Shown here piece by piece: positions 41,086-54,322 of a DNA stretch of 64,000 bases. This DNA comes from Octopus vulgaris. Its lineage: Eukaryota. The notes under the pieces are model-generated. The model searched no databases, had not been told where the DNA came from, and worked only from the letters and a program-made list of their open reading frames with translations. The stretch lies in NCBI GenBank assembly GCA_951406725.2, contig OX597816.1, positions 62,806,001 through 62,870,000 of the forward strand. Reading direction: 5' to 3'. Numbering within the stretch: the stretch's first letter is position 1; each line of letters opens with the position of its first letter. A program made the position numbers and the translations under genes.

Positions 41086-41827
41086 TACGTAAGCAAGCAC
41101 ATGTTCATACACACACGCACATTCATACGCACACAGACACTCTACGCACATACATATATAAATATATATTTATATGTTTGCATTTATACATATGCATGCA
41201 TATATAAATATATATATATACACACACACGCATATATGTATATATATATATGTATGTATATGTATATATATGTATGCCTATTTATATATATATACATATA
41301 TTATATATATACATGTATACATATATGCAAAAGTAGATGTACATTTATAATTGTGTGTTTATATATATATATATATATATTTTTATATATATACGTATAT
41401 ATACCTGCCCATGTATAAATACATACATATATGTTATACACCCACATATTTATATATCTATATACATATATATATATACATATGTATGCATATATATTTA
41501 TATGTATGCGTGTAAATATGTCTGTACAACATCCGTATCTGGGTCTGTAAATATACGTGTGTACGTCCCTGCTCGCATATCTTTTAGTATGTATGTGTAT
41601 GTACGTGTGTGTGCGTGCGCTCACAATATATATGTATATATATATGAGGGTGAATGCCCGTCGTGATGTGTCATGATATTGGTGTGTTAGGATATACTCG
41701 CATACACACAGACACATACATATATATGTACGCATATATACATAGATACGTATGTGTGTATATATATATATAAAATATATATATATATATACGTATATAT
41801 ATATATATACGTATATATATATATACG

Positions 41828-41858
<31 letters not shown>

Positions 41859-41959
41859 ATCTATATATATACACATATATACATATATATACACAAATAT
41901 ATATATATATACACACACGCACACACACATACACGCACACACACGCACACACTCACACG

Positions 41960-42044
<85 letters not shown>

Positions 42045-42409
42045 GTAACACATTGTCTTAATGCGGATTTGATTGAATTGTTAAAAAATTGTGCTTGGTT
42101 GCATTGCACGTTCGAACCCTCTGCCTACCATTTTCACAAAAGGATTCTCTGTTTCATTTTTCCTTTCGCATAGCTTCTGCTTTATCCAACCCTTCAGCAT
42201 GAAATTAGTAAAACTGAGTAACCTGAAGCTGTTTAAAAGATCCTCGGATTAACTTTACTTGCATTTCAAAGGTCAAATATTGCGATACGCCATCAAGCTT
42301 CTTTTCTCTGAACAAAAATGAAGTTATCTTAGTAGTGCACATATATATATACATATATACACAAATATACATATATATACGCATATATGAATATATACGT
42401 ACACGTACA

Positions 42410-42484
<75 letters not shown>

Positions 42485-42485
<1 letters not shown>

Positions 42486-42654
42486 AAGCTAATCCAAACA
42501 TGAAAACACAAAGACAAAACACAACAACGCGAGGACGTGGAACTAGTATAGTGTTATTGGGCGCTCAGGAAAGGAAAGAAAGAAGGAGGATTGAACGTTT
42601 CGAGCGGAGCTCTTCGTCAGAAACATAGGAAAAGGAAAGATCCAAGGAAGGGAA
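42485..42654 (-). mobile_element. PLE LTR-like fragment next to (TA)n
   Basis: T-rich on minus and contains the characteristic ACGTTTCG-N12-TCGTCAG signature. Confidence 0.7.
42589..42624 (-). ncRNA. Minimal hammerhead ribozyme motif (weak stem I)
   Basis: Minus strand: GTTT-CTGACGA-a-GAGC(TCC)GCTC-GAAA-CGT-TC-AATC; palindrome AACGTT at stem III; stem I 3/4. Confidence 0.65.
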
Positions 42655-42674
42655 TACACACGCACACATATATA

Positions 42675-43577
42675 TTTGACAACAATTGAAAGCAATTGTT
42701 GAACAAAACCCATGTCAAAATGTCAGAGAAAAGTCTCAAGCACTTGGTGTTGGTATTGCAATGGTCTCATGCAATCTGCAAAAGCTTGTTAAGGTGAAAA
42801 AGCTCGATAAATTGGCACCGCATAAGCTCAATGAAAATCAAAATGTTTGGCGTTTTGAAGTGTGCTTGATGCTCTTTCTGCCAAACACCGAATGATACAT
42901 TTCTTGACCGAATAGTCAGTTGTGACGGAAAGTAGATCCTTTATGTTAACTGTAAAAGATCAGGTCAATGGCTTGATCGTGATGAATCCTCCAAACATTT
43001 CCCAAAGCCAAAGTTGCATCAGCAAAAGATTAAGGTGACTCTCTGGTGGCCTGCAATTGGTGTTGTCCATTGCAGCTTTCTGGAAGCCAATCAGAGCATT
43101 ACAGTAGAGGTTTACTGAAATCAACTCGCTGAAATGCATGCTCACTTGTAAGTAATGAGACCTGCATTGGTGAATCGGTGTGGCCCAATTCTGCTCCACG
43201 ATAACGCAAAGCCACATGTTGCAAAAATGACGCTGCAGAAACTCACAGACTTGGGATTCGAGACTTTACCACACCCTCCACATTCTCCTGACCCTTCACC
43301 CACTCACAACCACTTTTAAAGCATTTAAACATGCTTTTAAGTGACAAAAATAAATTTCAGGTTCAAACCAGACGTAGAATCAACTCTCAAAGATTTCTTA
43401 GCATCAAAACCGATAAGATTTTTTATCAACGTGGTATAAATAATCTCGTTGAGCGATGGCAGAGATGCATAGATGTTCACGGCTCATGCTTTAGCTAACC
43501 AGAACATTTCTATTGTTAATATTTCCAGAATAAAATTATGTTTCTGAAATGGCCATTATTTTCAGAACAACATAATA
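42675..43577 (+). pseudogene. Decayed mariner (DD34D) element, 5' truncated
   Basis: LKAIVEQNP...LDKLAPHKL (WVPHEL)...LDRIVSCDGK*ILY...LLHDNAKPH...HPPHSPDPSPT (YSPDLAP); stops and frameshifts. Confidence 0.9.
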
Positions 43578-43619
43578 CATAGATTTATAGACAGGTAGAA
43601 AGATAATTAAATAGATAGC

Positions 43620-43673
43620 TAATACGAGATAGATGAATAGATAGATAGACTGACAAACAGGCAAATAGATAGG

Positions 43674-43737
<64 letters not shown>

Positions 43738-43742
43738 CAGAC

Positions 43743-43812
<70 letters not shown>

Positions 43813-43813
43813 G

Positions 43814-43847
<34 letters not shown>

Positions 43848-43861
43848 TCAGGCAGATAGGC

Positions 43862-43897
<36 letters not shown>

Positions 43898-43925
43898 GGA
43901 TGGATGGATGGATGGATGGATAGAG
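43620..43925. repeat. (GATA)n/(GGAT)n microsatellite
   Basis: Directly visible. Confidence 0.95.
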
Positions 43926-44084
43926 AGATATCCATGTGCATGTATATTTACATGTAGCTCCGAGTGATTCAGGTACATGAATATATATCTCCCTCCATCC
44001 CTCCATCCCTCTATCTATCTATCTATCGATCTATCTAACTATCCATCTATCATTCCATCCATCCATCTATCCATCTATCTCTCA

Positions 44085-44558
44085 TCAACTGCTTCAAGTA
44101 TCACTTGAAAAGGAAAGTGAGAGTAGAGAGGCAAGTCTTGTCTAGCGAATGTTTCAAAAAAAGATGGGTAAATGTAGCAAGGATGGCACTATGAATGACG
44201 AAGCAACCTTGAGTATGATCCTATGAACCGTAAAAATTTAAAACAGAGAGTTACTTACTTGCAAATAAATGTGTTAACATGAGACGTTATTGGCCGAGGT
44301 TACCGTAGTCTTTTCTTTTGGCTTTTCTTTCCACGGATAAGCCTCATCTGTTTCCCCCTTTACACTTTATATCATGACATTTCTGTGATACACGATCGCT
44401 ATTGATCGTTTTCCCTTTCTTTTCTCTTTCTTTTTTCTTTCCTTTTTACGATCCCTTTTGATTGAAAACCTACCCCTTTTTTTCTCCCCAAAAAGAAAAG
44501 CTCTACCTTGTAATTTGTCCCGCCTGTGTGCAACCCTGTGTGGCCAATAAAGAAACAT
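44085..44558 (+). mobile_element. L1/Tx1-like LINE 3' end (ORF2 C-terminus plus 3' UTR) within (TATC)n
   Basis: HLKRKVRVERQVLSSECFKKRWVNVARM, T-rich UTR, AATAAAGAAAC then (ATCT)n. Confidence 0.7.
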
Positions 44559-45371
44559 ATCTATCTATCTGACTGACCGACTGAATATCTATCCGTCTGT
44601 ATGTATGTATGTATTTAGACTGGTAAATTGTGACTGGTAAGGTTTAAATGTAGAATTCTGTGTGTATTATAGCTAGAGCAACACATCTTTGAATGATTCA
44701 GTGACATTGCTTGCATCACATATCTGTGTTTGATGCTAGATTTGATCAACCAATTACAGTAATAGTAATGAGAGTACATTTTATACAATTTGGACAAATG
44801 TTCTATATATTTCCAACCTTTTGGGGTTTTTTTCCTCTTTGGTTTGTCCCAATGTGACATTGTTCTTCAGTGGTTTCAACTAACCAGCAGGCTATTTCTG
44901 CAACAAGTCTCACAGCCTCATCATGGTTGATGTTCAGATTTTGGACTATGTACGATTTTGGTAAAGGCACACTATGAAAACTATACAGCTGTTATGTAGA
45001 ACACATCAGTGGTTCTCAACCATTTGTTGCCTGTAGGTCCCTTTCATTCTTATTTTACTCTATTGGATCCCCGTAACCATTCGATGTTTCAATAAAATCC
45101 TTTTATATTTTTGTAATGGAATATTATTAGGAATTATATTTAAAAAAGTTTTGAAACACCTTATGTATTGTAGAAGTATAGCCAATAAATTTTACCAACA
45201 ATATTTTGTACAGACCCCTAAGGGCCATATGAACTCCCATATGGGTCGCAAAGAAAAAAGCTGGGGTCACGAAAATTAAATTCACACACTTGATTTTCAG
45301 TTTATATTCTATTTTACAAATCCTAAAACTACTTTTATTTTAACGAATAATAATATTTTTTATACGTATAT

Positions 45372-45559
45372 AGGCGTAGGAGTGGCTGTGTGGTAAGTAG
45401 CTTGCCTACCAACCACATGGTTCCGGGTTCAGTCCCACTGCGATAGAATGAGTACTAGGCTTACAAAGAATAAGTCCTGGGGTCGATTTGCTCGACTGAA
45501 GGTGGTGCTCCAGCATGGCCACAGTCAAATGACTGAAACAAATAAAAGAGTAAAAGAGT
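45372..45559 (+). mobile_element. SINE family A with internal deletion
   Basis: Head joins directly (CCCACTGCG|ATAGAATGAG) to the last third. Confidence 0.88.
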
Positions 45560-45858
45560 ATTGTTCAGCAAAAAAAAAAAATAAATAAATAGTTTATTTA
45601 TTTGTATGTTTTATTTCATATTTAATATTTCATATTTAATACCTAGGGTCACGAAAAACCTCGTGATGAAAAATGGGATCATGAATGAAAAAAGTTGAAG
45701 AAGCGCTGCTTTAGATCATAAATCTTTGTATATCACATCTGTTGACACGTCACCAGTGTCAACACATTTGTGAACCGTGTCGATATTGCCAACACATTTG
45801 TGCATGACATCACTTGTGTCAACACAGTTGTTTATGATATCGCTTGTGTCAACACATA

Positions 45859-47134
45859 CAGGGATTGGACAAAATTATGGAAACAACTAGCATCATAGCA
45901 TCATAATTTTGAAATATCTATAAAACTGTCAAAGGCTTGTTTATTTTTATGTTTTTTTATTTATTATTAGTGTTGCTTAATATGTTTTGTTAAAATTGCT
46001 GTTTCTTTTCAGATATCATCAGAAAAAGGTAATTAAAATTCATTAAAATGACAGATCTCTCGGAGTTTCAAAGAGGTCAAATTGTTGGTGCTCGTATGGC
46101 AGGCGTTAGCGTAACGAAAACAGCCGAAATGTTTGGTGTATCAAGAAGTACTCTCTCGAAAGTAATGACAGCCTTTGAGAAAGAGGGAAAAACCTCCTCG
46201 TCGAGACAAAACTCCGGAAGACAACCAAAACTTTCAGATAAGGACCGCCGGACTCTTACGCGAATTGTTAGAAAGGATCACAAAAGTACAGCTCCCAAAA
46301 TTAATTTAGTGCTTAATGACCACATCGAGAATCAAGTTTCTACAAGAATCAAGTTCACCGGGCGTTGCAGAAAGCCGGATTTCACGGGAGCGCTGCAATC
46401 AGAAAACTACTACTTTCAAAAACAAAATTGCAAAGCATTTAGAGCGGAGTAAAATCCTACAGAACTGGTTCCTAGAGCAGTGGAAGAATGTTAGTTTCTC
46501 GGACGAGTCATCCTTTACCTTATTTCTGACCACCGGCCGAGTATATGTGTGGAGAGAGCCAAAAGAAGCATTTGAAACAGACTGCTTTCTTCCAACTGTT
46601 AAAAATGGAGGAGGATCTGTAATGATCTGGCGGGGCTATATCTTAGAAATCTGCCAGCCAAGTGGTTTCCCTTCAGGGCAGAATTAATAGTCGAGATTAT
46701 TTAAGCATTTTATCTGATCAAATTCATCCTGTGGTTGTGGAGCTGTTTCCGGAGGGAAGCGCAATCTTTCGCGATAATTCACCAATTCACACAGCTAAAG
46801 TTGTTACTGAATAGCATGAGAAACATTCTAGTGAAGTTGAACATCTTATTAGGCCACCACAGTCAACAGATCTCAATATTATTGAACATTCATTTTTGGT
46901 GCATTTTAGAATAACACGTAAGGAGTCGATATCCTCCACCATCATCGCTACAAGAACTGGAGATTGTTTTAGCTGAAGAATGGACAAAATTTCCTTTGGA
47001 AACAATTCAAACTTTGTAGGAGTCCATACCTCGTAGAATTCAAGCAGTAATTACAGCCAAAAGCGGTCCTACCACATATTAAAATTAATTTGTTTGAAAT
47101 TTTAAGGTGTTTCCATTATTTTGTCCAACTCCTG
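45859..47134 (+). mobile_element. Full-length Tc1-like (DD34E) transposon, 1276 bp
   Basis: 27-bp TIRs CAGGGATTGGACAAAATTATGGAAACA / TGTTTCCATTATTTTGTCCAACTCCTG (24/27 match), TA target duplication on both sides. Confidence 0.95.
46048..47082 (+). pseudogene. Tc1 transposase, frameshifted
   Basis: MTDLSEFQRGQIVG HTH, SGRQPK, FSDES, GGGSVMIW, PPQSTDLNIIEH, ends SGPTTY*. Confidence 0.93.
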
Positions 47135-47428
47135 TATGTGTATGACGTCACTAGTGTCTGTCTATGATGCTCCCGTAAGATATACATCTGTGTATGACGT
47201 CAGACTAGATAACATATCTGTATATACTGTCAGTATATTATACACATCTGTGTATAATATAAGCATTAAATAATACGTCTGTCCCCATATGATGCCAACA
47301 TTAGGTAATACATCTCTAAAAGACGTCGCTGTTGTCAGTCCATATGGAATTATTTGTTAATATCTATTTCTTTGATTTTTCTTCCATTGCATAATTTCGA
47401 ATGATGGTAAATTCTGTTTCATCAGATT

Positions 47429-47729
47429 CTTTACTCTTTTATATATTTCAGTCATTTGCCTGCGGTCATGCTGGAGCACTACCTTAAGCAGTTTTAGTCG
47501 AACAAATCAACTTATTCTCTGCAAGCCTAGTACTTATTCTATCTAACCGATACGTTACGGGGACACAAACACACCAACATCGGTGTCAAACGATGGTGGA
47601 GTAACGACTTTTTAAATATGCTAAGCCACTGGTTTTAATTGATTAATATCAATTTCTACCCTAATTATTTAATTTATATATATATATATATCTATATATA
47701 TATAATATATATAATATATATATTATATA

Positions 47730-47778
<49 letters not shown>

Positions 47779-47791
47779 TATATAATATATA

Positions 47792-47852
<61 letters not shown>

Positions 47853-48024
47853 ATGTATATACGACGGGCTTCTTTCAGTTTCCGTCTACCAAATCCAATC
47901 ACAAGGCTTTGGTCGGCCTGAAGCTGTAGTAGAAGTCACTTGCCCAAGGTGCCACGCAGCGGGACTGAGCCCGGAACTATGCGGATGGGAAGCAAGCTTT
48001 TTACCACACTGCCATCCCTGCCCC
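47429..48024 (-). mobile_element. SINE family A with expanded AT-rich interior
   Basis: Both halves on minus. Confidence 0.8.
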
Positions 48025-48351
48025 TACGAAGCAGAAACATCCCACGTAATTAGCGCAAATTATACGACACTTCAATAATTTCTTGAAATCCTTCTTCTTT
48101 CCCGATTGAAGTCTGATAATTAGTGTATAGTAAGAACATTAATGTTCGCATGTGTTCTTGCGAGGCCTCTTCTATGTTTTCACACTTATAAAGAGATATA
48201 GTGTGAAAAAAGGGCAGGTGAAAGGATTCACACAATGACAAGAGTAAAAAATTGGGTTAAACGCCCCAATCGTGCCATCTCTGCCGATTGAGATTCATAT
48301 CAACCAAAACATTCGAAATACGGCAAACATAAGAATAGCATGAACACTAAT

Positions 48352-48561
48352 AATCATTCTGCCATAGGCACAAAGCCTGATATTTAATAAGAGGCGGCTA
48401 GTCGATTATATGGAATCCAACGCTCTTTTGATAGTCTCTCTCATCAACCTCAAAAGAGCAAACTTGTCCTCGGCGGGATTTGAACTCAGAATGTAATTTC
48501 AGGAGAAATATCGCTAAGTATTCTGTTCGGGTTGCTAACAATTTTGCATGATTACCACCTT
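48352..48561 (-). mobile_element. SINE family C monomer, diverged
   Basis: CCTCGGCGGGATTTGAACTCAGAA...GCTAAG...GCTAAC. Confidence 0.6.
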
Positions 48562-48729
48562 AACATGAGCACTAACAAAGCATTTTCCTTTTTCTTTTTT
48601 TTTTTTTTTTTGGCATTTGTGACTTAATGAGTCGTTTTTAATCCTTACAGGATTTCGACTGGTTATCGCCGTGAAACACGAATCAAAATGCTTAACGCTC
48701 AGATAAAATAATTTTTTACGATGAATTCA

Positions 48730-48900
48730 CAGGCTTAGGGGTGGCTGTGTGATAAGTAGCTTGCTTACCAACCACATGGTTCCGCGTTCAGTCCCACTGC
48801 GTGGCACCTTGGCCATGTGTCTTATACTATAGCCTTGTGAGTAGATTTGGTAGACAGAAACTGAAAGAAGCCCGTCGTATATATGTATACATATATATGT

Positions 48901-48951
<51 letters not shown>

Positions 48952-49173
48952 CTTGTGTGTCTGTGTTTCTCCACCCCCCCAACATCGCTTGACAACTGAT
49001 GCAGGTGTGTTTGCGTCCCCGTAGCTTAGCGGTTCGGCAAAAGACACCGATAGAATAAGTACTAGTCTTACAAAGAATAATTCCTGGGGTCGATTTGCTC
49101 GACTAAAGGCGATGTTCCAGCATGGCCGCAGTCAAATGACTGACACAAGTAAAAGAGTAAAAGAGTAAAAGAG
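48730..49173 (+). mobile_element. SINE family A, full length
   Basis: Head, both halves, (TAAAAGAG)3 tail. Confidence 0.92.
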
Positions 49174-49652
49174 CAAATCGGGGTACCAACTAGGAAATTG
49201 CTCATGGGGCACCTTTCTTATAAAACGCAGAAGTGTGTGAATTAGAAATAAACGAAAAAAATGTAAGCTACCAATATTGCATAAGCAAATATATCATTAA
49301 TATAATATTATTCAGACGTAAATAAACAAATTGTGTATATTATTCTAGTATAATATATCACTTATTCATATTTATTATTCATATACAGATTTCAAAGTAC
49401 ATTGACTTTTCTGAGATTTTGCAAAACTGTTTAACTAGGTTCTATTTACACTGAAACAATTTTTTAGTGGAGCACCTATGCATACAATCTATTATATTCC
49501 TGTCTCTTGTTTTAAAAGTATTTCAGATATTTTTATCGGAATTCAGCGAAAGAAATTCATGTGGAATTAAATTAATTGTGGCCATATGATGAACGTTTTT
49601 GCACGGCAGATCCTCTCACTCTCTCTCTCTCACACACACACACACTCTCTCT

Positions 49653-50423
49653 AAGGCGGTGAGCTGGCAGAAACGTTAGCACGTCGGGCAAAATGCTTAC
49701 GTATCATGTTTTCCTTCACTATTTTACTAACTAAAGGCAGCAAGATGGCTGAAGCGTTAGCATGCTGGGCGAAATGCTTAGCGGTATTTCGTCTGCCGTT
49801 ACGTTCTGAGTTCAAATTCCACCGAGGTAGACTTTGCCTTTCAACCTTTCGGGATCGATAAATTAAGTACCAGTTACGCACTGAGGTCGATGTAATCGAC
49901 TTAATCTGTTTGTCTGTCCTTGTTTGTCCTCTCTGTGTTAGCCCCTTGTGGGTAGTAAAGAAATAGATATTTCGTCTGCCGTTACCTTCTGAGTTCAAAT
50001 TCCGCCGAGGTCCACTTTGCCTTTTATCCTTTCGGGCCCGATAAATTGAGTACCAGTTACGCACTGGGGTCGATGAAATCGACTTAATACGTTTGTCTGT
50101 CCTTGTTTGTCCCCTCTGTGTTTAGCCCCTTGTGGGTAGTAAAGAAATATGTATTTCGTCTGCCGCTGCGTTCTGAGTTCAAATTCGGCCGAGGTCGACT
50201 TTGCCTTTCATCCTTTCGGGGTCGATTAAATTAGTACCATTTACGCACTGAAGTCGATGTAATCGACTTAATCTCTTTGTCTGTCCTTGATTGCCCTCTC
50301 TATGTTTAGCCCCTTGTGGGCAATAAACAAATAAGAAACGTTAGCACGCCGGGCGAAATGCATAGCGGTATTTTGTCTGTCTTTATGTTCTGAGTTCAAA
50401 TTCCGTCGAGGTGGACTTTGCCT
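49653..50423 (+). mobile_element. SINE family C, tandem multimer
   Basis: TATTTCGTCTGCC recurs at 49785, 49968 and 50152 (period 183-184). Confidence 0.9.
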
Positions 50424-50921
50424 GGAAAAGACAAACACATACTAGTGGGAAGCTACAATTTACGATGTTGCATGAAGATACATGTATGATTATACCTGTA
50501 CATGTTCCGTTTCCTGCAATAAACAAAAGTGGGTCAGTGGAAATATTTAATGAACACCCCTCGTATGTATGTTTGTGTGTTTGTCCCCTAGTAACACTTG
50601 AAAACCGGTTTGGTGTGTTTACGACTCCGTAAATTAGCGGTTTCGTAATAGAGAATCCGATGGAATAAGTGCAAGGCTTAACAAAAGAAACATGGGTCGA
50701 TTCATTTGGCTAAAAATTCTTTAAGACGGTGCCATAGCCTTTACTGCAGTCTAAGGACTGAGAGAAGTAAATAAAAGATAAAAATATATAACTGATATAA
50801 TGTTTATGTGGTCGCTCATTCTGCTAGAAATAACAGCTAGGTCTCTCTCAAATTGCAACATACATCTCAAATTTTTTAAGAGAAAAAGGAAGATGTTTAT
50901 AAGATCATATATTCAAGATAG

Positions 50922-51290
50922 AAGGCGGCGAGCTGGCAGAAACGTTAGCAAGCCGGGCTAAATGCGTAGTCGTATTTCGTCTGCCGGTACGTTCTGAGTT
51001 CAAATTCCGCCGAGCTGGACTTTGCCTTTCATCCTTTCGGGGTTGATAAATTACGTACCAGTTATGCACTGGGGTCGTAATAATCGACTTAATCCGCTTG
51101 TCTGTCCTTGTTTGTCTCCTCTGTGTTTAGTCACTTGTGGGTAGTAAAGAAATAGGTATTTCGTCTGTCTTTACGTTCTGAGTTCAAATTCGGCCGAGGT
51201 CGACTTTGCCTTTTATCCTTTTGGAGTCGGTAAGTAAGAGTTGCGTACGGGAGTCGATCTAATCGACTGGCCCCTTCCCCCAAAATTTCA
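50922..51290 (+). mobile_element. SINE family C dimer
   Basis: Head AAGGCGGCGAGCTGGCAGAAACG plus two units. Confidence 0.9.
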
Positions 51291-51322
51291 GACACACAAA
51301 CATATACACACACATACATATG

Positions 51323-51354
<32 letters not shown>

Positions 51355-51514
51355 TACGACGGACTTCTTTCAGTTTCCGTCTACCAAATCCACTCACAAG
51401 GCTTTGGTCGGCCCGAAGCTATAGTAGAAGACACTTACCCAAGGTGCCACGCAGTGAGACTGAACCCGGGACAATGTGGCTGGTAAGCAAGCTATTTACC
51501 ACACAGCCACTCCT
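51291..51514 (-). mobile_element. SINE family A, 5' half
   Basis: Abuts the family C copy tail-to-tail. Confidence 0.85.
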
Positions 51515-52078
51515 AAAAACAAAGGGGGAATTGTCATGTCTGAAGCGCTTTTCTGATAAGGGGGCCGCATGAGATACACGCTCCACCATCATGCAGGGTG
51601 CACTATTAAAATAAAATTCAATATAATTTTTCGTTAGGCATGCTATTCAATAAGTTTCGCGGGCCGCAGTTAACCCATAATTGGCTTAGAACATAGCTCT
51701 CCTCGATCTCGGATGATCGGGGTATTAACATCAAGAACAGCAACAAATTCATTCTTATCAGACTAGACAGACTGCTTACGTCGTTTCTTTAAATCGTTCA
51801 AATAAACTATATCCATAGTTATTTAATCTAATATATATTCACATAGAGCTAGAAATTGCTTTATTGAAAGCTGTCAGGTTTTATGTGTTATTATGATAGG
51901 AATGTATTATCAAAGTGTTACAATATTTTTCGGTTTAAGAGTCATAAGTATTATAACTTCTTGAAATAAAGGTTAATTAGAAATATAGAGAAAATTTCTG
52001 AAATGTGATGTATGGAAGTATTTGAAATATACTGAACTTATAGATAACTACGTACATACATATGTATGTATATATATA

Positions 52079-52240
<162 letters not shown>

Positions 52241-52479
52241 CATATATATATATATATATATACACGTATATATACATATATATATATATGTATGTATATA
52301 TGTATGTGTGTATTCATACATATGTATATATGTACGTATGTGTATATGTATATATTTATGCACGTACATGTGTATGTATGCGTATGTATGTGTGTATGTA
52401 TGTTTACATATTTGCAATGTGTGTGTACATATTCATGCATGTATATATAAGTATATTTGGGTGTTGCTGTGTGCATGTG

Positions 52480-52540
<61 letters not shown>

Positions 52541-53539
52541 TGTAGTTCTCTTATATTCAATTACTGTGGTTGTTTTAACGTCAAGTATTCTAGAGAGTAT
52601 TTGAGAAGTATTGCTTACAGAATGTTGATTTATCGAATTACACTTGGCAACTGCACATTTAGTTTTTTCTTTCCATTTTTATCTCAAGAGATTTATTAAT
52701 TCGAGCCATATTTTTTTATCCTCGTTAATTAAAGCGTATTGTAAAACGAAAATTTATGTATGTAGTCATATGAGTTTTCATAATGCATTTCAATTGCAAT
52801 AACAACGATAGGAGAGGGTAGCTTAAGTTCAGAACTAAGATCGAAATTTGCCCTTAAGATATATTCACTGTCAGCAAAGTCTAAGCCTTTAGGATGTATG
52901 TTGTCAGTCGGGAGGAAGGAAATTATTTAAAGAATATATATAGGTTTTATATATTGATGCCCTGGAAGAGATATTAAACTGCATCCATTGGTGAAGCTCT
53001 AGCTCGGTAGTTGATGGATTTGGGGCAAGGAATTACATTTCAATGACCAATGCTTGCTGGTCTGTTCTGAGTACCTGTCGAGAGCCCGAGGTATGGGTCG
53101 AGGAAAAGCAGATAGATTTGTGGCTAATACATTCAGGACTTGGAAAGGAGCTTGCCTCCTGGACAGGTATCACACATGTATCTGAGAATGCTAGGGTGTC
53201 ACGTGAACCATTCTTCCTTTATAAAGGGTTAACAGGCCCCGGAGGATTGATCCAGGGTTAAATAGACACTGTGTCTGAAGTACGAATTCAAGAAAGCGTA
53301 AGACTTGCAGAGTGAATTGTAACTATATCACAGAAAGCAACAGGGAATTAATTTCGGTATCTTTCAAAAAAGCTTTAAAATTTTCAAATTTTGATACAGA
53401 GGTCTGTGATCAACAATGAATGGTAGGAATGGTACACGAAAAGAGAGGGAAAAACAGGGTTTTTTTGTCATTAAGCTAAAATTTGAGTAAATTAAAAATT
53501 TTCTGAATTTAAACTCAGGATTTCCTTATACGTCCCATA

Positions 53540-53920
53540 TGTACTATAGTTTTATCTCCAGTTTTCATACTAATTCCCGGTTTCCTTGCATAGCTGTAAG
53601 CTAACTTGATTTCTGTAACATCGTTAACATTTTGTTAATCAGCAAGGACAGAATTTACTCCGTGGTGGTATCGGGTTTGCTTAGTACGAACTTTAAAAAC
53701 TCTGCACTCCTCTTACAGACATGATGCTCAGTATTTGTGGAATATTCGACTGGCATTGCTCTATGGATGGCAATGTAATGGTCGGAAGAGGACGACTAGG
53801 TGCGGCAACTTAGATGCTAGCAATTTGGCGCGGCTGACTGGACACTGAACTTGCTATGGTGACCAGCACTTTTTGGTATTGGAGGAAAGCACAGACACGC
53901 AGACGCCCCAGAAATATGCG
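53540..53920 (-). pseudogene. Possible highly decayed Helitron/PIF1-type helicase fragment
   Basis: Minus frames give VCAFLQYQKVLVTIASS..AKLL..SNI..AEFLK..TGD, in the order of PIF1 motifs (VASSGIAAxLL...AxxLK...GD); weak. Confidence 0.3.
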
Positions 53921-54081
53921 CATACAGATAGAGAAACTGAGAGGTAGGAGACAGAGAGAAACATTATAACGGAAGAATTGAACACGATTGACATAAACAC
54001 TATATTTCTCCTCATACACGTAAAAGGGAAGATGCAAAAATAAGCACAGAGAGAGAGAGAACATATATATATATCTATCTA

Positions 54082-54227
<146 letters not shown>

Positions 54228-54273
54228 TATTTCCACGTGTATTTTATATTTTCTTCTTATAACATATTTCTAC

Positions 54274-54322
<49 letters not shown>

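Larger units (their letters stand above)
45725..47340. repeat. Degenerate ~31-bp minisatellite split by the Tc1 insertion
   Basis: TGACGTCAC-N-GTGTCAACACA-like units at 45725-45856 and 47137-47340. Confidence 0.7.

Noticed and set aside
45007-45706. hAT/Charlie-type MITE (CAGTGGTTCTCAAC ... GTTGAAGAAGCGCTG)
   Set aside because: Ends only loosely complementary and no 8-bp target duplication; probably fragments of more than one old element
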